The translations under genes were made by a program, and so were the position numbers. A model generated the notes under the pieces. The model worked only from the letters and a program-made list of their open reading frames with translations. It was not told the origin of the DNA and did no database searches. A DNA stretch of 62,878 nt, counting the filler, from Candidatus Rokuibacteriota bacterium (GTDB lineage Bacteria > JAUVQV01 > DATDCY01): assembly GCA_031406795.1 (NCBI GenBank). It is 7 parts of 7 records of this genome, joined end to end, with 100 filler letters (N's around TTAATTAATTAA, not from the genome) between each part and the next. Parts side by side here need not be neighbours in the genome. Positions count along the whole stretch, not along the records: positions 15,853 to 36,865 come from JANOHV010000006.1; 6 more parts are not named here. One strand, given 5' to 3'. Below are positions 18,145-26,558 of the stretch, piece after piece (position 1 is the stretch's first letter; each line of letters starts with the position of its first letter).

Positions 18145-20565
18145 ATGACAAAGGATCACAGAACTTCCCTAACTTCTACGTACTCATTCGATCTTCGGGA
18201 GATCGCGGCATGGCAACTGGAGATGAAAGCACCTGAGTATCGGCAGCATTACCGCCGAGCATCGCTCCCCCTCCTTCAACGGGGTGCTGTATGGAAGGCA
18301 TACCAAGTCGAGGCACTTTGGGATTCTCTTCTCCGCGGCTTTCCGCTAGGTTCCTTCATTCTCTCCCGCTTCGACCGGCAGATGGGGGAGCAATCTGCCA
18401 AGTACTGCGCTGTGGTTGGCAAAGTCGACAAGGATCCCGAATTTCACATTCTTGATGGTCAGCAACGGGCGAATGCAATTGCCGTCGGGTTCATCGACCC
18501 GACGCTGTCCGCAGGCCTCTATTGCGTGGTCTCCGATTCGGAGGGCTGGCCTCCAGACGCTCTTTGGATCGACCTGGCTCCGGATACGAAGTACTTAAAG
18601 GATCGCTCTTTTCTCTTTCGGATGGTCACCAGATCCCATCCTTGGGGATACCGGGCAAGCAATCCGCGTCAAATACTCCAGACAAAGGACATGCGCGATT
18701 GGATCAAGGAGTTGAAAGGACCGCATTCTAGCCCATCGTTGCAAGTCCGCGTTGGAAAGATTCCGTTGAGCGTTGCCTGGCCGTGGGACGCGAACGCACC
18801 CGTGCCGTTTGCCTTTGTCCTGGAGGCCCTTCTTGAAGGAAGCACCAACCCATGGGAACGAATCCGAGAGCGCCTGGAGTCGATTCCTCACGCGAAGAAG
18901 ATGCTCGACGAGCACCTCACATGGAAGGGGGAGGTTCTTCGACTTCTCAGGACTCCAACGAAGGACATGGAAGTCATTCTCGAAGCGACTTCAAGCGCAC
19001 TTGAGAAAACGACTATCCCGGGCATTGTTGTTGAACCTGGGCGTCTCAAGGGGACTGAAGACTTTCAGATCCTGTTTGCCCGCCTCAACTCGGCCGGCAC
19101 GGATCTTGGCTCAGAAGAGCTTCTCTACTCGATGCTCAAAGCTCAGTGGCCGGAGGCCTATTCTGTTGTCGAAAATGCTGCTGAAGGTCTTATGAGTCCA
19201 TCTCGGCTCGTGCTATTCGCATCTCGGTTAGCCATTGATGAAACCATGGAGAAGGACACACCTCCCCGCACCCCCGATTTTGCTCGGTTTCGCGGCCTCA
19301 TTCGGGGAACTGACCAGCAAGACAGTGACTTTCGGACGCGTATGGCTGGTTACGTCCGGGCAGAGGCAGGGTCACTATTCTTGAACGCACTCAAAGATGC
19401 CCAGAAACTCCTGTGCTACGACAACGATCGGGCAGATGCGAGTGACTTTCGTCTTCCGGGGATGTTGGTGGCGACTATAGCTCAGCAATCCCAAGACATT
19501 TTGTTCGCAGCCATTGTGTGGCTGGCAAGACTGCGGCAAACGGCCGTAGTGGATCCTTCGTCGGCGCCAATCGACAACCTTTCAGAAGCCGAGCGCAGGG
19601 CCTTCGTTGCTGGCATCAGTCTCCTGCATTGGTTCGGTATTGACCAGAGTGCGTGCTTGAGGATTCTGTGGCAGGAAATTCGAACCGCAGGCGATGCTGG
19701 GGAACTGCGCAATATTTGGAGCAGAGTGACAAGAAAGTGTTTTTCGGTTGAAGAAGACCAGAGCATCGTCGCCCTCCCTCCTCTTCCGCCTGACCTGCTT
19801 CTCGATCGCACTTGCCGATCGATGTCGAATTTCGAGAACTGGAACCCGTCTGATTGGAGAGATTGGAATTGGGAAGCAAAGGTCAACGCTCTCCCTGTAG
19901 ACGACCTGGAGAAGTGGATGCAGTCAAGCGTTACGCCACTTTCCCCGTCGCTTAAGGATCTGTCTGACAAGGACCGACTGTGGCCTGCAAATGCGTGGCG
20001 TGAATTTGTTGACCGGATCTTCGGCCAGCGGGAATTGCTGCTGTATGGTCAACGCCGATACATAGGAAGATGGTATCCTGAACACGACCCAGTTCAGGGA
20101 GGCCGACTTGAGGACACCAACCGGCCGTGGGATTACGACCACATCATGCCTTCCTACTACATCGCTGGAAGATGGTCCATTCCCCCAGTCATTAAGAAGT
20201 GGCATGGGACCATTGGAAACCTTCGCATCTGGCCGATGGAGGCAAATCGTTCTGATGGGGAGGAAGTCCCAGCGAAGAAACTCTGGTGCGGCGAGGCGGA
20301 CCTTGATCCCAGCTATGGTTTATCCACACCCGAGGACGTGCAGGCTGCGAGTCTTGTTGGTGATTCTTGGTCTCGCGATCTGCTTGGCGATCAACTCGAT
20401 TCGTGGAAGAGTGCTTCGCCAAGCACGGATGGCAATAACCCTGGTTTCCTGAGAGACGAAGCGAATATTGGCTGTCGTCTCGCTCTACTGAAAGCAATCG
20501 CCAGCCGGACCGTGGGCATCTACAAGAGGTGGTACGACGATCTCGAAATTGGGTCGTTGGTATAG
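18145..20565 (+). CDS. DUF262 + C-terminal HNH-like (DUF1524-type) protein, GmrSD-like modification-dependent restriction enzyme
   Basis: LQRGAVW, SLLRGFPLG, LDGQQR, FARLNSAG; C-terminal DHIMP..IGNL..N; lower GC than host. Confidence 0.82.
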   Translation: MTKDHRTSLTSTYSFDLREIAAWQLEMKAPEYRQHYRRASLPLLQRGAVWKAYQVEALWDSLLRGFPLGSFILSRFDRQMGEQSAKYCAVVGKVDKDPEFHILDGQQRANAIAVGFIDPTLSAGLYCVVSDSEGWPPDALWIDLAPDTKYLKDRSFLFRMVTRSHPWGYRASNPRQILQTKDMRDWIKELKGPHSSPSLQVRVGKIPLSVAWPWDANAPVPFAFVLEALLEGSTNPWERIRERLESIPHAKKMLDEHLTWKGEVLRLLRTPTKDMEVILEATSSALEKTTIPGIVVEPGRLKGTEDFQILFARLNSAGTDLGSEELLYSMLKAQWPEAYSVVENAAEGLMSPSRLVLFASRLAIDETMEKDTPPRTPDFARFRGLIRGTDQQDSDFRTRMAGYVRAEAGSLFLNALKDAQKLLCYDNDRADASDFRLPGMLVATIAQQSQDILFAAIVWLARLRQTAVVDPSSAPIDNLSEAERRAFVAGISLLHWFGIDQSACLRILWQEIRTAGDAGELRNIWSRVTRKCFSVEEDQSIVALPPLPPDLLLDRTCRSMSNFENWNPSDWRDWNWEAKVNALPVDDLEKWMQSSVTPLSPSLKDLSDKDRLWPANAWREFVDRIFGQRELLLYGQRRYIGRWYPEHDPVQGGRLEDTNRPWDYDHIMPSYYIAGRWSIPPVIKKWHGTIGNLRIWPMEANRSDGEEVPAKKLWCGEADLDPSYGLSTPEDVQAASLVGDSWSRDLLGDQLDSWKSASPSTDGNNPGFLRDEANIGCRLALLKAIASRTVGIYKRWYDDLEIGSLV

Positions 20566-20583
20566 CATGTCCAGTGTTGACCA

Positions 20584-20623
20584 GGCGACTCATCTTGACG
20601 GCAAGCCACGGAAGACTTACTAT
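20584..20623 (+). promoter_or_regulatory. Right copy of the 20-bp direct repeat, containing the -35 of the abrB-PIN promoter
   Basis: Repeat at 20584-20603; TTGACG(20595)-N17-TACTAT(20618). Confidence 0.75.
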
Positions 20624-20661
20624 TTCCACAAGTAAAGCAACACAGGAAAGTAGGTGATACG

Positions 20662-20910
20662 ATGGCAGTCAAGGTGATGAAGGTCTCCAGTAAGGGGCAG
20701 GTGACCCTTCCCCGGGAGGTCCGCAAGATCCTCGGGTCGGATGTGGTCACCTACGACCTCCGGGACGGACGGGTGTTGCTCCTCCCGGTGAAGGACGTGG
20801 GAGGCAGCCTCAAGGAGTACGCCGGGAGGCTGCCGATGCCGTTCAAGCGCGCTCGGGAGAAAGCCTGGGAGGACGTCGTCCGTGAAAAGGCCGGCCGGGC
20901 GGATACCTGA
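20662..20910 (+). CDS. AbrB/MazE/SpoVT family antitoxin
   Basis: KVSSKGQVTLPREVRKILG. Confidence 0.9.
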   Translation: MAVKVMKVSSKGQVTLPREVRKILGSDVVTYDLRDGRVLLLPVKDVGGSLKEYAGRLPMPFKRAREKAWEDVVREKAGRADT

Positions 20911-21283
20911 CACCAACGCGATCGTCCGCTATCTCCTGCGGGATCACCCCACCCTTTCTCCGAAGGCCGAAGAGTTCTTTGCCCGCGTTCGCACGGGAGA
21001 GCAGAAGGTCCTCATCCTGGAGAGCGTCATCGCCGAAGCTGTCTACGTCCTGACGAAGGCCTACGGCGTTCCCCGGGAAAAGGCCGTGGGCGGGCTGCTT
21101 GGGCTCCTCAACTACCGCGGGGTGGCCAACCATGACCGGGCCTCGCTCATCGATGCTTTGGCGCTCTTCGGTGCCGGCAAGCTCGACATCGTCGATTGCA
21201 TCGTCATCGCCCGGGCTCGGCGTGAGCACGGCGAGCCCTTCTCGTTCGATAAGGACCTCTTGAAGGAATCTGGTGGTGCCTGA
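20882..21283 (+). CDS. PIN-domain (VapC-like) toxin
   Basis: DTNAIVRYL, VIAEAVYVL, DIVDC, FSFDKDL. Confidence 0.88.
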   Translation: MKRPAGRIPDTNAIVRYLLRDHPTLSPKAEEFFARVRTGEQKVLILESVIAEAVYVLTKAYGVPREKAVGGLLGLLNYRGVANHDRASLIDALALFGAGKLDIVDCIVIARARREHGEPFSFDKDLLKESGGA

Positions 21284-24200
21284 CGTCGGGCAGCCTGAAC
21301 GCGCCACGCAGCAGCGCGTCGTCGCGCTCTTCCGCGACGAGCTCGGATACCGCTACCTCGGGGACTGGACCGACCGCGAGGGGAACAGCAACGTCGAGGA
21401 GGGGCTTCTCAGCGCGAACCTGAGCCGGCGGGGCTACTCGCCGGCGCAGATCGGCAGGGCGATCCACGCGCTGCGCACCGAAGCCGACAACCACGCTCGC
21501 AGCCTGTACGCGAACAACAAGGCGGTCTACGTACTGCTGCGCTACGGCGTCCCGGTGAGGCTGGCGGCGGGGGAGGCGACGGAGACCGTCCACCTCGTCG
21601 ACTGGCGGGATCCTGCGGCGAACGACTTCGCCATCGCCGAGGAGGTCACGCTGAGGGGGAACCTCGAGCGGCGCCCCGACCTCGTGCTCTACGTCAACGG
21701 TATCGCCGTCGGCGTGCTGGAGTTGAAGAACAGCCGCGTCAGCATCGGCGACGGCATCCGGCAGAGCCTGTCGAACCAGAAGCCGGAGTTCAATGCGTGG
21801 TTCTTCGGCACCGTGCAGTTCGTCTTCGCGGGGAACGACTCGGAGGGGCTGCGCTACGGCACCGTCGGGACGCCGGAGACCTACTTCCTGCGGTGGAAGG
21901 AGGACGAGGCGGACGACCGCCGCTTCACGCTGGACAAGTACCTGTTGAAGATCTGCGCAAAGGAGCGGCTGATCGAGCTGATGCGCGACTTCGTGCTCTA
22001 CGACGGCGGCGTGAAGAAGCTCCCCCGCGCGCACCAGTACTTCGGTATCAAGGCAGCACAGCGGCACGTGCGCGAGCTCCGCGGCGGCATCATCTGGCAC
22101 ACCCAAGGGAGCGGCAAGAGCATCGTCATGGTGCTGCTGGCCCGGTGGATTCTGGAGAACAACCCGAACGCCCGGGTGGCGATCGTCACCGACCGCGACG
22201 AGCTGGACAAGCAGATCGAGCGGGTCTTCGCCGAGGCGGGGGAGGCGATCCTGCGCTGCACCAGCGGCCGCGACCTGATGAGCCGGCTCGAGCAGGCCCG
22301 GCCGCGCCTGCTCTGCTCGCTGGTCCACAAGTTCGGGCGGCGTGACGTCGACGACTTCGACGCCTTCATCCGGGAGCTGGAGGCGCAGCCGGGCCGGGCG
22401 GTCGGCGAGATCTTCGTCTTCGTGGACGAGTGCCACCGGACCCAGAGCGGCAGGCTGCACCGGGCAATGAAGGCGCTCCTGCCGGAGGCGGTCTTCATCG
22501 GGTTCACCGGGACGCCGCTGCTGAAGCGGGACCGGCAGATGAGTCTCGAAGTCTTCGGCGGCTACATCCACACCTACAAGTTCAGCGAGGCGGTGCAGGA
22601 CGCGGTGGTGCTCGACCTGGTCTACGAGGCGCGGGACATCGACCAGCGCCTCGGCTCCCCGCAGAGGATCGACGCCTGGTTCGACGCCAAGACCCGCGGG
22701 CTGAACGACTGGCAGCGCGAGGAGTTGAAGCGGCAGTGGGGGACGATGCAGCGCGTGCTCAGCTCGCGCTCGCGGATGGAGCGGGTGGTCAGCGACGTGC
22801 TCTTCGACTTCAGCGTCAAGCCGCGCCTCTCCAGCGAGCACGGCAACGCCATCCTGGTCGCCTCGAGCATCCACGAGGCGTGCAAGTACTTCACGCTCTT
22901 CCAGAAGACGCCGCTCAAGGGGAAGTGCGCTGTCGTGACCTCCTACAACCCGCACGCGCAGGACGTGACCAGGGAGGAGATCGGGGCCAACACCGAGACC
23001 GAGAAGCAGTTCGTCTACAACACCTACACCGAGCTGCTCGCAAGCGTCGAGGCGCTGCCGGGGATGACCCGGACCGAGGGCTACGAGGAGCGCGCCAAGA
23101 GGCTCTTCGTCAAAGAGCCCGCGAGCATGAAGCTGCTCGTGGTGGTCGACAAGCTGCTGACCGGGTTCGACGCGCCGCCGTGCACCTACCTCTACATCGA
23201 CAAGTCGATGCAGGACCACGGCCTCTTCCAGGCGATCTGCCGCGTCAACCGGCTGGACGGCGACGACAAGGAGTTCGGCTACATCGTCGACTACAAGGAC
23301 CTCTTCCGGAAGGTCGAGAACGCCATCGCGGTCTACGCCTCGGAGCTGGATCACAGTGCGGGGGGCGCCGACCCGGAGGTGCTGCTGCAGGACCGCCTCG
23401 CGAAGGGGAAGGAGCGCCTCGACCAGGCGCTGGAGGCGATCGCGCTGCTCTGCGAGCCGGTGGCGCCGCCGAAGGGCGAGCTGGAGCACATCCGCTACTT
23501 CTGCGGCAACACCGAGATCCCGGAGGACCTCAAGGCGCGAGAGCCGCAGCGGGCCGCTCTCTACAAGGCGACGGTGGCGTTGCTCCGCGCCTACGCCGCC
23601 ATCGCCGACGAGCTGGAGGCCGCGGGGTACGGCAGCGCCGACGTCGCGCGGATCAAGCGGCAGGTCCAGCACTACCTGGACGTCCGCGAGATCGTGCGCA
23701 AGGCCAGCGGGGAAAGCCTCGACCTCAAGGCCTACGAGGCGGACATGCGCCACCTGATCGACACCTACATCGAGGCCGACGACCCGCGGAAGATCTCGCC
23801 GTTCGACGACATCGGGCTGCTCGATCTGATCGTGAAGACCGGCATCGCCAACGCCATCGCCGCGCAGCTCGGGAAGATGAAGGGGAACCGGGACGCCGTC
23901 GCCGAGACGATCGAGAACAACGTCCGCAGGCGGATCATCAAGGAGCATCTGAACGATCCGGCCTTCTTCGCGAGGATGTCGGCGCTGCTCGACGAGATCA
24001 TCCGTTTCCGCAAGGAGCGGGCCGACGCGTACGAGGAGTACCTGAAGCGCATCGCCGAGCTGGTGAAGCAGGTCGCCGCCGGCCACGGCGAGGAGATCCC
24101 CGAGCAGCTCAAGAGGAGCCCGGCCCTCCGGGCGCTCTACAACAACCTCAAGGCGGGCGGACGGCGACCCGACAGGGCGGATCGGGCGGCCGAGGGGTTC

Positions 24201-24401
24201 GGCGACGAGGCGTCGCCGCACGATCCCGAACTGCGCCTGGCGATGGCCATCGACGAGACCGTCAAGCGGGTCCGGCCCGACGGCTGGCGCGGCGTGCAGG
24301 CTCGCGAGCTGGTCGTCAAGCGGGCACTGTATGACCTGCTGCACGACGAATCCGAGGTCGAACGGATCTTCCTGATCGTCAAGGCGCAGAGCGAGTACTG
24401 A
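21276..24401 (+). CDS. hsdR: Type I restriction endonuclease subunit R
   Basis: RPDLVLYVNG..ELKN nuclease motif, HTQGSGKS Walker A, DECHR, FTGTP, LLTGFDAP, QAICRVNR. GTG start at 21273 or 21276. Confidence 0.96.
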   Translation: MPDVGQPERATQQRVVALFRDELGYRYLGDWTDREGNSNVEEGLLSANLSRRGYSPAQIGRAIHALRTEADNHARSLYANNKAVYVLLRYGVPVRLAAGEATETVHLVDWRDPAANDFAIAEEVTLRGNLERRPDLVLYVNGIAVGVLELKNSRVSIGDGIRQSLSNQKPEFNAWFFGTVQFVFAGNDSEGLRYGTVGTPETYFLRWKEDEADDRRFTLDKYLLKICAKERLIELMRDFVLYDGGVKKLPRAHQYFGIKAAQRHVRELRGGIIWHTQGSGKSIVMVLLARWILENNPNARVAIVTDRDELDKQIERVFAEAGEAILRCTSGRDLMSRLEQARPRLLCSLVHKFGRRDVDDFDAFIRELEAQPGRAVGEIFVFVDECHRTQSGRLHRAMKALLPEAVFIGFTGTPLLKRDRQMSLEVFGGYIHTYKFSEAVQDAVVLDLVYEARDIDQRLGSPQRIDAWFDAKTRGLNDWQREELKRQWGTMQRVLSSRSRMERVVSDVLFDFSVKPRLSSEHGNAILVASSIHEACKYFTLFQKTPLKGKCAVVTSYNPHAQDVTREEIGANTETEKQFVYNTYTELLASVEALPGMTRTEGYEERAKRLFVKEPASMKLLVVVDKLLTGFDAPPCTYLYIDKSMQDHGLFQAICRVNRLDGDDKEFGYIVDYKDLFRKVENAIAVYASELDHSAGGADPEVLLQDRLAKGKERLDQALEAIALLCEPVAPPKGELEHIRYFCGNTEIPEDLKAREPQRAALYKATVALLRAYAAIADELEAAGYGSADVARIKRQVQHYLDVREIVRKASGESLDLKAYEADMRHLIDTYIEADDPRKISPFDDIGLLDLIVKTGIANAIAAQLGKMKGNRDAVAETIENNVRRRIIKEHLNDPAFFARMSALLDEIIRFRKERADAYEEYLKRIAELVKQVAAGHGEEIPEQLKRSPALRALYNNLKAGGRRPDRADRAAEGFGDEASPHDPELRLAMAIDETVKRVRPDGWRGVQARELVVKRALYDLLHDESEVERIFLIVKAQSEY

Positions 24402-25117
24402 TGGCCCGGCAGCTGAGGCTGGGCGACGTCACGGCCGACGTCGTCTTGAAGGACATCAGGAACATCCATCTCAGCGTCTATCCCCCGACAGGTCGGGTGC
24501 GCATCTCCGCCCCCCTGCACATGAGCCTCGACACCATCCGCGTCTTCGCGATCGCCAAGCTCGGCTGGATCAGGAAGCAGCAGGCCAGGCTTCGGGCTCA
24601 GGTGCGCGAGACGCCGCACGAGTACGTGGACCGGGAGAGCCACCACCTCTGGGGGAGACGCTACCTGTTGAAGGTGGTCGAGGCCGACCGGACGCCATCG
24701 ATAGAGGTAAAGGGCGGATCTCTGCTCCTGCGGGCGCGAGCGGGGTCCGACCGGGCGAAGCGGCGGGATGTGATGGATGCCTGGTATCGCGATCAACTCA
24801 GGGAGGCTGTGCCGCCTTTGATCGCGGCGTGGGCGCCGGCCATCGGCGTGACCGTGGAGCGCTTCTTCGTGCAGCGGATGCGGACCCGATGGGGCAGCTG
24901 CTCACCCGGCCGGCGCACCATCCGCCTGAACACCGACCTGGCGCGCAAGCCGCGGGAGTGCCTGGAGTACATCGTCGTTCACGAACTCGCCCACCTGTCG
25001 GAGCCGACGCACAGTGCCCGCTTCGTCGCGCTGATGGACCGGCTCATCCCGGGCTGGCGCCACCGGCGGGACCAGCTGAACCAGCTCCCCGTCCGCCACG
25101 AGGAGTGGTCCTATTAA
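24401..25117 (+). CDS. M48/SprT-like (DUF45/YgjP) HExxH metal-dependent hydrolase
   Basis: MRTRWGSC, YIVVHELAH; usual position after hsdR; TGATG overlap. Confidence 0.92.
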   Translation: MARQLRLGDVTADVVLKDIRNIHLSVYPPTGRVRISAPLHMSLDTIRVFAIAKLGWIRKQQARLRAQVRETPHEYVDRESHHLWGRRYLLKVVEADRTPSIEVKGGSLLLRARAGSDRAKRRDVMDAWYRDQLREAVPPLIAAWAPAIGVTVERFFVQRMRTRWGSCSPGRRTIRLNTDLARKPRECLEYIVVHELAHLSEPTHSARFVALMDRLIPGWRHRRDQLNQLPVRHEEWSY

Positions 25118-25207
25118 TCCCGGCACGGTCCTGGGGTTGCGATCCCCGCGCAAACAGTTCACAGCTTGAGACAAGAGTTCGTCGACGTGGTCTGAGCAAG
25201 ATCAACC

Positions 25208-25675
25208 TTACCGCAACCCGTACAGATACAGCAGCGCCGCCCAGCCTGACGGGAGGTGAGCGGGCGAGGTCTCGAGCTCGTTCCCGTACCTGACCGCCAT
25301 CTCCAGGAAGAAGCGGGCGTGGAAGAACGCCTCGAGGATCGGCCGGGTTTGCCGGGTCCACTCCTGGTTGTGAGCCGACTCGAATTTTTTGCCGCTCGCC
25401 CCGTCCTGAAGGATCTCCTCGAACATCGGGTTGAAGGTGGTGATCCCTGCCGGCGCCAGGCTCTTCAGGACCTCGACGATGCTCCTGGTCAACTCCTGAC
25501 GCTCGTAGACCTTCCACGACTGGTGGTAGAACCGATACACGGTATCCTCGTACTCGTAGTCCGAACTCATCTCCTCGATGAGGTACTCCAACTCCGGCAA
25601 TCGCGCCTGGATGTTCGCGAGCAGCTCGTTGGACTTCGCCTCCAGTTCGCTCAGGTCCATGTATTTCCGTGTCAA
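25208..25675 (-). CDS. Hypothetical protein
   Basis: AGGAGG RBS + TTG (or ATG at 25660); protein-like motifs YRFYHQSWKVY, EAFFHARFFLEM, LPSGWAALLYLY. Confidence 0.8.
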   Translation of the reverse strand: MTRKYMDLSELEAKSNELLANIQARLPELEYLIEEMSSDYEYEDTVYRFYHQSWKVYERQELTRSIVEVLKSLAPAGITTFNPMFEEILQDGASGKKFESAHNQEWTRQTRPILEAFFHARFFLEMAVRYGNELETSPAHLPSGWAALLYLYGLR

Positions 25676-25720
25676 TTGAGCCTCCTGTCAACGCCTGGCG
25701 GGCAGGTCGCTCCGTCATGT

Positions 25721-26479
25721 TCATGCACTGACTTGGCGATTCTCTTGCATGGCCTCTTTGATTGTTTTTATCAGTTTCTTTCGCCATTCATTGGATTGCC
25801 GTCCGGGATGGGCGCATTCAATAATGATCTGCGAACCATGTCTTCTTGCAGAGAATTCTTCTCGATTGTAAAGAACCACATTCTCAGAATCGAACAACTT
25901 GTCGAGCACCTCATACCGCTTAGTGAACAGAACGGTGATTTTGGCATTGACTGTTAGGATTTCCTTTGCCAGATATTCATGCTTCAAGCAATTGGCGTGC
26001 AGATTCCTTTGGTAGGAAGAGTTACCCGACAAGCATTTGCATGCATTGGAGAATGCAACTTTCTCCAGCTTGTCATTCCAACTATATGCTTTGTCTGTGA
26101 AGAGGGAATCAATCACGTCCTTTATTATCGCCCAGTAGGTCCCCATCGATTCGATCGTGTTGAATGAGAACTGCAAGGGGCTGAAGCAGATACTGTCAAT
26201 GTCGTTTGGCCAGCCGGCATCGCCGTGCCATCCAAAATGATCTCTCCCAACGAAAAGAATTTCCGGGTCTTTTCCTATCCAGTAAATTCCTTGTGGACCA
26301 TCACGATCCGGTTTTTCTGAATATCCTGCTCTTGCTTCTGTGCACTCTTTAATACAGGCAGGCAAATGTTTATTGTAGTAATCCCATATCTCAATGTACT
26401 TATTTCTTGATCCCCGAAAGTGCTCGAGAAACTTTTCATTATTTCTGTTCAGGTGTTTCTTGAATTCTGTGTCCCACAA
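25721..26479 (-). CDS. Low-GC protein, probable uracil-DNA-glycosylase-like fold
   Basis: AAGGAG RBS + TTG at 26479; ordered ILFVGRD, VAFSNACKC, LAKEI..VLFT, CAHP match the UDG-superfamily motif layout. Confidence 0.6.
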   Translation of the reverse strand: MWDTEFKKHLNRNNEKFLEHFRGSRNKYIEIWDYYNKHLPACIKECTEARAGYSEKPDRDGPQGIYWIGKDPEILFVGRDHFGWHGDAGWPNDIDSICFSPLQFSFNTIESMGTYWAIIKDVIDSLFTDKAYSWNDKLEKVAFSNACKCLSGNSSYQRNLHANCLKHEYLAKEILTVNAKITVLFTKRYEVLDKLFDSENVVLYNREEFSARRHGSQIIIECAHPGRQSNEWRKKLIKTIKEAMQENRQVSA

Positions 26480-26558
26480 TTTACTTTCTCCTTTTGCGGC
26501 CCGACCAGAGTGCGTCTGACTGTGACGCACCAAGAAATGAAGCACCTCTTCCAGTGAG

